From NCBI GenBank assembly GCA_965204725.1, contig OZ242005.1:3712001-3776000 (forward strand): a DNA stretch of 64,000 nt. The letters are read 5' to 3'. The stretch is from Candidatus Latescibacterota bacterium (GTDB taxonomy: Bacteria; Latescibacterota; UBA2968; UBA8231). The notes beneath the pieces were generated by a model, which saw nothing but the letters and a program-made list of their open reading frames with translations, was not told the origin of the DNA and ran no database searches. Each line of letters starts with the position of its first letter. The stretch's first letter is position 1. The position numbers and the translations under genes are program-made. This document shows, in pieces, positions 9,873 to 19,791 of the stretch.

Positions 9873-10715
9873 ATGAAGCACGTTCACATCAATGATTTGA
9901 GCCAAGAAAACTCCCCAGTCTTTTCGGGACTGGAGCGACAGACGCTGTGGTTTGCATTCGACTATTGGGCACTGAAACCAAGGGAAGTGCGCCCGGTGGA
10001 AGATACGTGGCTAGCTTGTGAACAAGGCTATGTGTTTATGGGCGGGTCGGTGGAGCTGACAGTGCGGCAGCAGCGAGTAGAAAGCGGCGAAGGGGCCGGT
10101 TTTATCGTCGAGCCGACTAGGTCCGACCTCGTGCTGAAAAACTTGACCAACACGTTTGTCCATGTCCTGCGCGCCCGCGTGGCGCTGTCGGACTTTCGGC
10201 GGCCAGTGCAAATGGTGCTCCAGCGCGCTGCGCCGGCTGTGGGTATAGAGACACGGGGCATCCAAGTAGAGGTAGCACCAGATGTGCTGCCCAAAGCCGG
10301 AACCTTTGACGCGCAAGCCCTAAAGTGGCGCGACGCAATTCACGGCGGCTGTGGTCAGATCGCCACTCGGCACGTGCTGTCGCCCGAGGATTTTTATAGC
10401 GACTGGACTTTTCTCGACCATGCGATCCTCGCCCCGGATAGCTCCGTCGGGTATCACTATCACAACGAGTTAGAGGAGAGCTTTGTGGTGCTGAGGGGAA
10501 CGGGTTGGATGACGATTGCCGGTGAGACTTTTGCGGTGAGGCCGGGATCGGTTACTTGGCAGGGCATTGGGCAGGGACACGGCATCTACAATCCCGGTCC
10601 CGAAGAGTTGGAGTTTGTGCGCATTGCCGTGAAGCAAGCACGCAAAGCATACACGACCATTGACTTGCACGACGATTTATCGGCGCGCAAGCCGACTAGA
10701 GAAAGGAAATCATGA
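9873..10715 (+). CDS. Bicupin domain protein
   Basis: GYHYHNELEESFVVLRGTG...GHGIYN cupin motif plus a degenerate N-terminal cupin; start at ATG 9873. Confidence 0.75.
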   Translation: MKHVHINDLSQENSPVFSGLERQTLWFAFDYWALKPREVRPVEDTWLACEQGYVFMGGSVELTVRQQRVESGEGAGFIVEPTRSDLVLKNLTNTFVHVLRARVALSDFRRPVQMVLQRAAPAVGIETRGIQVEVAPDVLPKAGTFDAQALKWRDAIHGGCGQIATRHVLSPEDFYSDWTFLDHAILAPDSSVGYHYHNELEESFVVLRGTGWMTIAGETFAVRPGSVTWQGIGQGHGIYNPGPEELEFVRIAVKQARKAYTTIDLHDDLSARKPTRERKS

Positions 10716-11682
10716 ACCAGACCAATACAGTACAGCGCATGGCCGAGGCGGCCGGCAACTTCCTCGCGTCCTTAGATGCGGCCGGCCGGCAGAAGGCGGT
10801 GATCGATTTTGCCGACAGCACGGAGCGCGAAAACTGGCACTACGTGCCGCGGGAACGCGCCGGATTACCGCTAAAGGAAATGGACGAGCGCCAGCGGGCG
10901 CTCGCACACGCATTGGTAGTGACCGGAGTCAGCGCGTCAGGGTACGAAAAAGTCTCGACGATCATTTCGTTGGAGCCGATACTGGCCGAGTTGGAGGGGG
11001 CTGGGCGACGCTTCCAGCGCGACCCCGCGCTGTACTACGTGAGCATTTTCGGCGAGCCGGGTGGAGACGCGCCTTGGGGCTGGCGTTTTGAGGGCCACCA
11101 CGTCTCGCTCAACCACACGGTGGTAGAAGGGCGGATGCTGGGGTCAACGCCGTTGTTTTTTGGCTCAAACCCCGCCGAGGTGCGCCACGGCGCGCAAACA
11201 GGGCTGCGGGCCTTGCGGGAGGAGGAAGATCTAGGGCGTCAGCTCTTGCACGAATTGGACGGCGAGCAGAAAGCGGCAGCCATCGTCCATGCCGAGGCCC
11301 CAAGCGACATCCTCACGACCAACGCACCCACGTGCGCGACGAAATCGCGCCCAAGGGCTTGGGCCGCGCAGATATGAGCGCGGCGCAGTGCCAGATTTTG
11401 GACGCGCTGATCGAAGTGTACGTCCAGCGCCTGCCCGAAGCCGTGGCCGAAGCCGAGTGGGTGCGCCTCAAAGCCGCAGACTTGTCGGCCGCGCACTTTG
11501 CTTGGGCCGGTGCAGAGGAACGGGGAGGGCCGCACTACTACCGAGTGCAGGGGCCGAGCTTTTTGGCCGAGTACGACAACACCCAAAACGACGCCAACCA
11601 CATCCACGCGGTCTGGCGCGACCTACACAACGACTTCGGCGAGGACATGCTCCGGCGACACTATCGGCTGAGCCACACTTAG
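10712..11682 (+). pseudogene. DUF3500 family protein with one frameshift near 11330 (pseudogene or sequencing error)
   Basis: WHYVP...WGWRFEGHHVSLN...FFGSNP in one frame; YYRVQGP...EYDNTQNDANHIHAVWRD..NDFG in the next frame. Confidence 0.8.
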
Positions 11683-11703
11683 GGCCGCGCCGCATCCCCC
11701 TTC

Positions 11704-13845
11704 ATGCTTGGAGAGATTTCTTTGACCGTTACGGCCGTCTTCAGTTTACGCGCCGCGTTCTACGAACAACTGCACTGCCGCTACCCGCGCCGCGAGTTCG
11801 ACAACTGGCAGGTCTGGGGCGGCAACCTGACCCTTGAAATCGACGGTCGGATTTGCGAGCCGCCCCTCGCTAGGGCCTATATCGAGCCGGGCACAACAAC
11901 GGCTCGCGCCCGGGTGCGTTGCGAGCTTTTCGTCGCGGCCGTTGACCTGCATCAAGTTCAGCCGGGCGATGTGGATGCGCGGCTGTGGACCGATGCCAAT
12001 GAGACCAACGCCTATATAGAGATGCGGCTGCTCATCGACGCGGAAGGCACGCCCGTGCTCGCCGGCAACAACCTCGTCTTTGAGTCGGCCGCTTTCGCGC
12101 TTGAGCGCACAGGCACCTTCAACTACGCGGTGGAGTTCTCCGCCGACAGCTACGCCGAGGCCGGGCGCAAGGAATGGGTCAGCCTCAACGATTTGGCCGA
12201 AAATCGCGACGGGATCGTGGTCGTCAGCCCGGAGTGGGTTCGCAAGGGGCCGACGGTCGCCGAGGTATGCGCTCGCAAAGTCGGCGCACGGGTCGTTGGA
12301 GGCCGCTTCCGCTCGGGTCGGCTCGCCGAACTGACGCGGCGGCTAGACGCCATTGCGGCCGACGTGATTTACCTGTTGCCCTTTTTTCGCCCGGGTTTTG
12401 CGGACCTGCACACCGGCGAGGACGTGCGCAAGGGCACCCTCGGCAGCGTCTATGCGGTGCGGGACTTTTTCCAAATTGACCCCGCGCTCGTTTCGCCAGC
12501 CGAGGAAGTGGATTGGGGGTCGCTGGTGGCGGAAGGTCTCGTGCGCCCCAGCGAGCTGGAAGGTCTCGCCGGACTGTCGGCGGCCCAAGCGGAAAAGGCC
12601 CTCGGCCGCCAAGCCTTCGTCCAGCTCGTCGGTCGCGCCGAGCTGCGGGCGCTGACCAAGCGGGCACACGCCCTCGGCAAGAAGGTCATCTTCGACTTGG
12701 TGCTGATGCAGAGCAGCCGCGACTGCCCGCTGATCGTTGAGCACCCCGAATGGTATTTGCGCGATGAACGCGGGATGCCGCAAATCCATCAGATCGCTTG
12801 GCTGGTCTATTCGGACGTGGCGCTCTTCGACTTGGTTTACAATCGGCCATTGCAGGAATACCTGCTGGCGATCGCCCCGTATTGGATTGAGCAATGCGGG
12901 TTCGACGGGGTGCGGATCGACGCCAGCCAGACCATTGATCGGCCTTTCCTCAAAAAGCTCAAGAACCGCATTCAAGCGACCGCGCCCGAGGCGCTCGTGC
13001 TGGGCGAGACCCTGTGCCCGCTAGCCGAAGCCGTGGATGTCCCGGCCGACGCGATCTACGCGCTCTTGGTTGACTTTCACCGCGATGTCGAGTACGCCCA
13101 GCCCCTCATTGATTTCCTAGAGGAGATGAATCGCACCTTCGCGGCCGGCACCGTGGCCATGGCTTACTTTGAAAACCACGATAGTCCGCGCGCCACCCGC
13201 GTGTGGCACGAGCGGTTCCGGGAACTTTTGCACGGCGACGAGCAGGCGCGGTCGTACTGGCAGGGCCTGACCTGTCCCATCCAGCCCGACCCGGGAGACC
13301 GCGCCCTGCTGATGGCCCTGCTCAAGAACTTGCAGGCCGCCCTGATTGATTGTTCGGCTGGCTCGGCCGCTGGGTGCAATCTGACGCGGGGTTTGGAGTT
13401 GGGCAGCGAGTGGGGCGAGGAAACGCGCACGGACTTTGAAAACGAGACCCTTCTGCATTTCGACCAAGCCGAGCGCGAGCCATACGCCAGTCTAGTCAGG
13501 GCCTACGAGCGTCTCTTCGCGCTGCAAAAGGAATGGCCGGAATTTTGCGACGGAGCGATCTACTTCCACCGCAACGAGTTCGCCGGCGGCGACCCAGACG
13601 ACCGCGTTTTGGCATACGGGCGCTATACTGAGCGGAGCGCGCTATTGGTGGCGCACAACTTCGATCCGCGCACCGTGCGGCGGACCTGCTACCGCTTTGA
13701 TTACCTGCCGCAGCCGCCCACAGCGCGCCAAACGTGCTTCGACTCGTACGAGGCCCTTGCGGTTGAGGCGATACCCGCCCGCGACGAGGTCTGGGAGGTC
13801 CGCCTCATGCCGTTACAGACGAAGGTGTGGCGGCTTTGCTGTTAA
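11704..13845 (+). CDS. Atypical GH13 alpha-amylase family protein
   Basis: IYLLP, GSVYAVRDF, GFDGVRIDAS (nucleophile), LGE (acid/base), ENHD. Confidence 0.8.
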   Translation: MLGEISLTVTAVFSLRAAFYEQLHCRYPRREFDNWQVWGGNLTLEIDGRICEPPLARAYIEPGTTTARARVRCELFVAAVDLHQVQPGDVDARLWTDANETNAYIEMRLLIDAEGTPVLAGNNLVFESAAFALERTGTFNYAVEFSADSYAEAGRKEWVSLNDLAENRDGIVVVSPEWVRKGPTVAEVCARKVGARVVGGRFRSGRLAELTRRLDAIAADVIYLLPFFRPGFADLHTGEDVRKGTLGSVYAVRDFFQIDPALVSPAEEVDWGSLVAEGLVRPSELEGLAGLSAAQAEKALGRQAFVQLVGRAELRALTKRAHALGKKVIFDLVLMQSSRDCPLIVEHPEWYLRDERGMPQIHQIAWLVYSDVALFDLVYNRPLQEYLLAIAPYWIEQCGFDGVRIDASQTIDRPFLKKLKNRIQATAPEALVLGETLCPLAEAVDVPADAIYALLVDFHRDVEYAQPLIDFLEEMNRTFAAGTVAMAYFENHDSPRATRVWHERFRELLHGDEQARSYWQGLTCPIQPDPGDRALLMALLKNLQAALIDCSAGSAAGCNLTRGLELGSEWGEETRTDFENETLLHFDQAEREPYASLVRAYERLFALQKEWPEFCDGAIYFHRNEFAGGDPDDRVLAYGRYTERSALLVAHNFDPRTVRRTCYRFDYLPQPPTARQTCFDSYEALAVEAIPARDEVWEVRLMPLQTKVWRLCC

Positions 13846-13848
13846 TTT

Positions 13849-13983
13849 CTTACTACACGACACCAGTCGCTATCCTGCTAAGGATCGAGGGCATCTTGCC
13901 CTCGTTGAGGGCGGGACGCCCTCGATCCCGGACATAGCGGCAACACCAGAAAAGACATACGCAACGTTAGGTCACGCACTAGG
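13849..13983. repeat. REP-like palindromic element (family C)
   Basis: cttactacacgacaccag..gatcgagggcatcttgccctcg...gagggcgggacgccctcgatcc; partial copies at 57602-57642 and 61275-61316. Confidence 0.7.
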
Positions 13984-14021
13984 CGTAACGTCTGTTTTTA
14001 ACCTCAACAGGAGAACTCATC

Positions 14022-14831
14022 ATGGCGAAAATCGGCGCGATTCACTACAACTGGCCCGGCTGCGACTTAGAGGGCTTCGCTCGGCGGGCCAGCGAAATCG
14101 GCTATCGGTACTGCGAGTTGCAGATTGGCGATATATGGGATGGCGAGTCCAAAAACGGTGAGCAGACGGCCGCGGCCACGCGCGAGTTATTGGCCCAATA
14201 CGGGATGCAAGCCTCGGCCGTAGCAGCGGGCAACGACTTTTTGCAAGCCGACCGCGGCGACTTGGACGCGCAAATTGAGCGCTACCGCTACGTCTGCCAG
14301 ATCATCTCCATAACCGGCACGGACATCGTGCGCTCGGACGGCGGCTGGAACCGCAACGGCGACGTGCCAGAAGACCAGTGGGACGGGATGTTGCTCGAAG
14401 CCTTCAAGCGCTGCGCCGATTTTCTCGAGGAGTACGATGTGCGGATTGCCCTCGACAATCACGGCGTTTCCACCAACGATGGCGACTGGCAGCTCAGCCT
14501 GATCGAGCGCGTTGGCTCAGACCGGCTCGGCGTCAATTTGGATACGATGAACTATCGCTGGTTCGGGCACGAGTTGGACCAAATCGACCGCTTCTATGAA
14601 ATACTGGCGCCGCACGTTTTCCACACCCACCTAAAGGACGGCACTGGCTCGCGGCAAAACTACAAGGGGGCGGCCTTGGGCGAGGGCGAAATCCACCTCG
14701 GCCACGCGGTCGAATGCCTCAAGGCGGCTGGCTACGACGGGGCTTGGACGGCGGAATACGAGGGGCCGGAGACCGAGGGGCAGGTGGGATACGAAAAGTG
14801 CTATCAATGGCTGGTGGAGAACGTGTCCTGA
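14022..14831 (+). CDS. Sugar phosphate isomerase/epimerase (xylose isomerase-like TIM barrel)
   Basis: IALDNHG, NLDTMN, HTHLKD, GEGEI, AEYE motifs. Confidence 0.88.
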   Translation: MAKIGAIHYNWPGCDLEGFARRASEIGYRYCELQIGDIWDGESKNGEQTAAATRELLAQYGMQASAVAAGNDFLQADRGDLDAQIERYRYVCQIISITGTDIVRSDGGWNRNGDVPEDQWDGMLLEAFKRCADFLEEYDVRIALDNHGVSTNDGDWQLSLIERVGSDRLGVNLDTMNYRWFGHELDQIDRFYEILAPHVFHTHLKDGTGSRQNYKGAALGEGEIHLGHAVECLKAAGYDGAWTAEYEGPETEGQVGYEKCYQWLVENVS

Positions 14832-14833
14832 GC

Positions 14834-15625
14834 CTACGACCCCGTCCCCTGATACGACCTGATCCCTAGCTTCCAAAACTGGTAGGTTGCCGCAAACAGC
14901 AGGATTGCCACCAGCGGCGAGAACGCGCCCCAATGGCCGTCGGCCCCGCTCTTGCCCAGCAAGTACAGGGCCGGATAGTACGCGACAAACGCATAGGGGA
15001 CGATAAAGGTGAGAAACCCCTTGAGATACGGCCCGTAGATGCTGAGGGGATACCGCGTCAATTCGTACAGGCCAATCACCAGATTGCACAGAGCGTTGGT
15101 GCGCGTGACCCAAAAGGACATGGAGCCAAAGAAAAGCATGATGGAGAACCAGATCAGGTTCCCGGCGAGGACGAAGACGATCACCAACCCAACCTTGAAG
15201 ACGTCCCACTGTACCTCGGCGAGTTGGCCGGCGACCACCAGATAGAAAACCCCAATGATCAGGTTGCCCAAGCCGAGCGGCGTGTAGCGGCGAGCCACCA
15301 TGTAGAACAGGGTGTTGACCGGCAGGCAGAGTAGCTGGTCGAGCGTGCCTTCCCGTATGTACTGCTCCATGTAAATGACGCTGTTGGTGAACGCATGGTG
15401 GAAGCTCATGCCGATGATGGAAAGCGCGTAAAGAAAGAACAACTCGCGGAACGTCCACCCGGCAATCGCATCGACATGGGTGAAAACCACCCCGATGGTC
15501 GCCAGCCCCGCGGCCGTGGTCGCGATGATGGAGATGAACGAGAGCCAGAAGCTAGTCTTGTATTCCAACATGCTCCGCAGGTGGCTCGTGAAGAGGAAAC
15601 CGTACAATGCCGCGTACCTACGCAC
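14834..15625 (-). CDS. ABC-2 type transporter permease
   Basis: IAGW..ELFFLY, IREGTLDQLLCLP, RYPLSIY, YYPA; real start GTG 15625 or TTG 15631, coupled to the upstream stop. Confidence 0.88.
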   Translation of the reverse strand: MRRYAALYGFLFTSHLRSMLEYKTSFWLSFISIIATTAAGLATIGVVFTHVDAIAGWTFRELFFLYALSIIGMSFHHAFTNSVIYMEQYIREGTLDQLLCLPVNTLFYMVARRYTPLGLGNLIIGVFYLVVAGQLAEVQWDVFKVGLVIVFVLAGNLIWFSIMLFFGSMSFWVTRTNALCNLVIGLYELTRYPLSIYGPYLKGFLTFIVPYAFVAYYPALYLLGKSGADGHWGAFSPLVAILLFAATYQFWKLGIRSYQGTGS

Positions 15626-15627
15626 AC

Positions 15628-16458
15628 TCAACCTCCCAAGATGACGATCTTGCGTAGAGCCTTCTTCCACAGCACTTGGGACAAGCCCAGCATGATGAGG
15701 ATCCACGTCACCTGCTCGGTTATCAGCAATAACTCGTAGCTCGGCACGTGCGCGAGCAAGCTGTCGTACAGGGCGTTGTCTTGAGGGGCGACTCCGAGAT
15801 AGATGGCCAGCGGACTGTAAAAACAGCCCTTGAACGGCATGAGGACCAGCGCGTCGCGCAGGAAGGCCGGGTAGAAATCCAGTGGCATAATGCTCCCGGC
15901 ACAGAACGCCATGAACGCGTTTTTGAACTGGTTTACGCCGAAGGTCTGGGTGATCCAAAACGAGACGCAGCCCAACGATAGGTCAATGAGGAAGTACATC
16001 GCGAACCCCAGCCCGCAGCTAAGGGCCGCCAGCAGCAGGCGCGTCGGCTCGAACGGGATGGCTATGTCCAAGAGGTAGCCGAAGAGGATGAACACGGGCA
16101 CCCCTTTGAAGAACAGATTGAAGAGGGCCTGCCCGACCGCAGTGTATAAAACGATCCGTTGATAGCTCGTGGGTTTGATCAGTTCAGGGGCGATGTCGCC
16201 GGTATAGACTTTATCGCCGATCATTATGTTTACGTCTTGCCGCACGATAAAGCCGATGAGCGTTGAGACGAGCGTATAGGCGACCATGGAGGCCAGCGAT
16301 ATGCCCGCTATTTCCGCTCGCCCAGCGTATATCGCGTGCCATAGGTAGTAGAACGACAGCAGGTACACACACCCGACGGATACGTCGGCCAAAAATTGCG
16401 TTCTATACGTCAGCCCTTCTAGGAAGGTTATTTTTACCAGCCCGATGAAGCGGTTCAT
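15628..16458 (-). CDS. ABC-2 type transporter permease
   Basis: YRTQF, GDIAPELIKP, GSIMPLDFYP, C-terminal ILGG. Confidence 0.88.
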   Translation of the reverse strand: MNRFIGLVKITFLEGLTYRTQFLADVSVGCVYLLSFYYLWHAIYAGRAEIAGISLASMVAYTLVSTLIGFIVRQDVNIMIGDKVYTGDIAPELIKPTSYQRIVLYTAVGQALFNLFFKGVPVFILFGYLLDIAIPFEPTRLLLAALSCGLGFAMYFLIDLSLGCVSFWITQTFGVNQFKNAFMAFCAGSIMPLDFYPAFLRDALVLMPFKGCFYSPLAIYLGVAPQDNALYDSLLAHVPSYELLLITEQVTWILIMLGLSQVLWKKALRKIVILGG

Positions 16459-17444
16459 TAGTGTATCCGCTCGTGGTACAAGCTCTTGACGATGGTGCCG
16501 ATTTCCGGCTCCTGTACGACGAGATCGCGCACGTCGTTGTGAGCGGCGATCTCGGTGATCAAGCGAGTCGTAGAGAGCTGATCCCCGTCGAATTCTATCT
16601 TGAGCTTGTTGCCTTGGCTTTCGACGACGGACATGGCACTCAAGCGGTCGAGATGCTGCGGGGGATGGGCTAGTTCCAAGGTCATGATCCGCGTCTTGCC
16701 CGAGATGTTTTTGAGCTTTTCGAGGCTGCCGTCAAACAGCTTCTGGCCCTTGTCGATGACGATAATCCGCCGACACAGCTTTTCCACTTCCTCTAAATCG
16801 TGACTGGTAAGTATGATGGAGACGCCGTGCTCGCGGTTCATGTAAACGAAGAATTCGCGGAAACGTTCCTTGACCACGATGTCCAAGCCGATGGTCGGCT
16901 CGTCGAGATAGACTATCGGGGGCTTGTGCAGCAGGGAGAGGGCCATGTCGCACAGCATCTTCTGCCCCAAGCTCAAGCTGCGGGCGTTTTTGGCGAGCAA
17001 GTCGCCGAGGCCCAAAATAGACGCGAAGAGTTCCATCTGCTGTCGATAGAGCGAGTTGGAAAGGCTGTATAGCCTGCGGTGGAGCTCAAACGACTCGATG
17101 ACCGGCAAGTCCCAACGCAGTTGCGAACGCTGACCGAACACCACGCCGATATTCCGCGCATTCTCGATGCGTTTCTCGTAGGGTTCGATGCCCAAGACCT
17201 CAATGCGGCCGGCCGAGGGCGTGAGAATGCCAGTCAGCAGCTTTATGGTCGTTGACTTGCCCGCGCCGTTGGGGCCGAGGTACGCGACGATTTCTCCAGC
17301 CTCGATGGCAAAGTTTATATCTTGGACAGCGTGTATGAGGGAGGTCCGCGGCCAGAACAGGCTTTTGAACGCGCCTTTCAGGCCCGGGTCTTTCAGGGGG
17401 ATTTTATACGATTTGGATAGGTTGCTGACCGTGATGATCGACAT
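16458..17444 (-). CDS. ABC transporter ATP-binding protein
   Basis: GPNGAGKST, VVFGQRSQL, LSLGQ, LDEPT, TSHD. Confidence 0.95.
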   Translation of the reverse strand: MSIITVSNLSKSYKIPLKDPGLKGAFKSLFWPRTSLIHAVQDINFAIEAGEIVAYLGPNGAGKSTTIKLLTGILTPSAGRIEVLGIEPYEKRIENARNIGVVFGQRSQLRWDLPVIESFELHRRLYSLSNSLYRQQMELFASILGLGDLLAKNARSLSLGQKMLCDMALSLLHKPPIVYLDEPTIGLDIVVKERFREFFVYMNREHGVSIILTSHDLEEVEKLCRRIIVIDKGQKLFDGSLEKLKNISGKTRIMTLELAHPPQHLDRLSAMSVVESQGNKLKIEFDGDQLSTTRLITEIAAHNDVRDLVVQEPEIGTIVKSLYHERIH

Positions 17445-17481
17445 TTCCCGTTCCTTTCTGGAAGGGGGAAACTGGAGCGGC

Positions 17482-19617
17482 TCAAAAGTTTGACATGTAG
17501 CTAATTTTCGTCAGCAACACGCGCTCCACGGCCTCGTCCTTGGCCCGGTGTTCGTTGTACGCGATGTAGAACCGGCTGTCGTTCACGCCGAACCTGTAGC
17601 TCAGAAGAAGATTGAGATCGAGGGTGTCCTCGTGGAAGCTGCGCTGAAAAAAGCTGCGGACGAACACGTCGCGCTGGAAAAAGTACGTCGTCCGCAGCAG
17701 CAGGACGCGCTTGACTTCGTCCAACTCCCCGGAAGGAAAATACTCCCACACGGCTTCGGAGCTAGAGTCAAAAAAGAACCCCTTCCCCAAGTTGAATTGC
17801 AGCAGCCCGGATACGCGCCGGATGTCGCCGAAGTATTCGTCGGCAAAGTCGTACTGATCGCGGAGTTGGCCGGTGAGGCGGATGCGGTATTTGCGCCCGT
17901 TGCCCGTGTCAAAACCTGCGTTAAACGAATCGCCCTTGTACGTGTGTTGCTGCCACCGCAACTGCCAATTCTCATGGGTGAAAAACGCCCGCGAATCGTC
18001 CCAGCGCTGCACGTACAAATCGACGTTGGTCCACTGCCATTCCCACCCCTCTTCGTTGGTCCGCTTCTCGGCGGTGAATGCCTGCCCCAAGTAGATTTGC
18101 TTAATGCCGAAAAACTGCGGACGCAGCGCGTAGCTGCCATCAACGCCGAACTCGCGCTCGCCAACATTGGCGTCGTGCGGGATGAAGCCGATTTGATCGA
18201 CGTTGAATCCCGGGTCAATCCAAGACGCCCAAGCCCGGAAGGGCAAGCGGTCAGAATTCCGCGTCAGGCGGCCGGTGTGCATTTTGTTTTGCTCGCCGAC
18301 GTCCGTGCCAAAGCTCATGGCCGAACTGAGGAAGAGCTTGGCGTTTTCAGTCAAGCTCAACACGAGGTCGCTGCCAGCGGCCTGCTGCCCGGAGCGGCCA
18401 TCCTTGCCATCCTCGCCGACCTTGCCGACCGCTAACGCGCCAATAGAGGAGTTGACCCCGAGGTCGCGCTTGAGGCGCAAGACGCCAAAATGCGGCTTGT
18501 CGCCATCGGCTTGGCGGTTGCGCGCCGCGATTAGGCCGAGGCTGTTCTTGCCGATCTTGCCCGTTATTTTGCTGCCGACATCCGGGTCGCTGATCCGGCG
18601 GCTGTAAAAGAGATCCATCGGCGTAAAGAGCGTTTGACCTTCGAGGAAGAAGGGCCGCTTTTCTCTGAGGTAGAGTTCAAACCGCGTCAGGTTGATTTGG
18701 CTTTCGTCGGCTTCGATGTGGGCAAAGTCCGGGTTGAGGGTGGCGTCGAGGGTGAGGTTGGAGGCGATGCCGTATTTCAGGTCGAGCCCCAAGTCGCTGG
18801 CCCACCCTTCGGCGGCCTGATCGCGCAGCCTTTCGTAGCGCCCGGTCATGTAAGGCCGGGTCTCTAAGTGCAGCCCCTGTTTGATGCGCCCAATGCCGTG
18901 GAGGTGGCCGGCCTTGGACACCGTTAAGAGGTAGCGGACGTCTCTGGAGATAAACGCCCAGTTGCTGTTCTCGGTCCCGGTCCGGGCGATGCGTTGGACG
19001 TTGAGCCCCCACGTGTGCTGCTCGGATTCGGGGAACCGCAAGGTCTTGAACGGAATGGCCAGTTCGGCGCTCCAGCCGCGATCGTGGAGGTGGGTCTCGG
19101 CCTGCCAGACGCCGTCCCAATTTTGGTCGATGCCGCCCCAGCCGCCGGCCCCGTCGTCTTGGACGCGAAAGTCGTTTTGGATGCCATAAGCGTTTATGTA
19201 GAAGCCGTAGGCGTTTTGGTGGTCGTGATAGGTGTCTAGCACGAGGCCGACTAGATCGAGGGGCGCGAACCGGCCATCCCGCTCTACCATGCGCCCTTCT
19301 ATGTTACTGGGTTCCTCGTCTATCATGTCGAGGCCGATGTATAGGTAGTCGGCGTCGTATAGGATGCGGATGAAGGTTTGGTTGGTGGCGGCGACGCCTT
19401 CATGGGGGTCGATCAAAATGAAGCCGGTTGAAGGGATGGCGCTCTTCCAGCATTCGTCGTCTAAGACGCCATCTACTTTTGGTGGGACATGCGTCTGGAA
19501 GGCTCGCATTGCCTTGTTGCTCTCGTGGGCCGACGCGGATGGTGCGACGACGAGCGCGGCTCCCCAGAGTAGAACCGCGAGGATGCGCTTGGTCGCATAA
19601 GCTGGGTTCGCTGTCAT
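17482..19617 (-). CDS. CBM9-like + DUF5916 outer-membrane/secreted protein
   Basis: Signal peptide; PKVDGVLDDECW, WSAELAIPFKTLRF, LNPDFAHIEAD, EKRPFFLEG; ends in Phe; GGAGG RBS before ATG 19617. Confidence 0.82.
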   Translation of the reverse strand: MTANPAYATKRILAVLLWGAALVVAPSASAHESNKAMRAFQTHVPPKVDGVLDDECWKSAIPSTGFILIDPHEGVAATNQTFIRILYDADYLYIGLDMIDEEPSNIEGRMVERDGRFAPLDLVGLVLDTYHDHQNAYGFYINAYGIQNDFRVQDDGAGGWGGIDQNWDGVWQAETHLHDRGWSAELAIPFKTLRFPESEQHTWGLNVQRIARTGTENSNWAFISRDVRYLLTVSKAGHLHGIGRIKQGLHLETRPYMTGRYERLRDQAAEGWASDLGLDLKYGIASNLTLDATLNPDFAHIEADESQINLTRFELYLREKRPFFLEGQTLFTPMDLFYSRRISDPDVGSKITGKIGKNSLGLIAARNRQADGDKPHFGVLRLKRDLGVNSSIGALAVGKVGEDGKDGRSGQQAAGSDLVLSLTENAKLFLSSAMSFGTDVGEQNKMHTGRLTRNSDRLPFRAWASWIDPGFNVDQIGFIPHDANVGEREFGVDGSYALRPQFFGIKQIYLGQAFTAEKRTNEEGWEWQWTNVDLYVQRWDDSRAFFTHENWQLRWQQHTYKGDSFNAGFDTGNGRKYRIRLTGQLRDQYDFADEYFGDIRRVSGLLQFNLGKGFFFDSSSEAVWEYFPSGELDEVKRVLLLRTTYFFQRDVFVRSFFQRSFHEDTLDLNLLLSYRFGVNDSRFYIAYNEHRAKDEAVERVLLTKISYMSNF

Positions 19618-19791
19618 CGCGGAGGTTCCTCCGTTCCTAGCGGACAAACTGCAAGGTCCCGAACACCGATAGGTCGTAAAAATTCCTGCCGCCGCCGCCA
19701 GACTATTATGAGAGTGGATTTTATGCCTTCTCTGGGAAAGTCGCTGTCGTCTATATCAATGTCAAACCACAGGGTCTTTGCGCACACTCCG

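Noticed and set aside
14834-15958. 374-aa version of the ABC permease
   Set aside because: The N-terminal extension overlaps the upstream permease; the real start is near 15625-15631.
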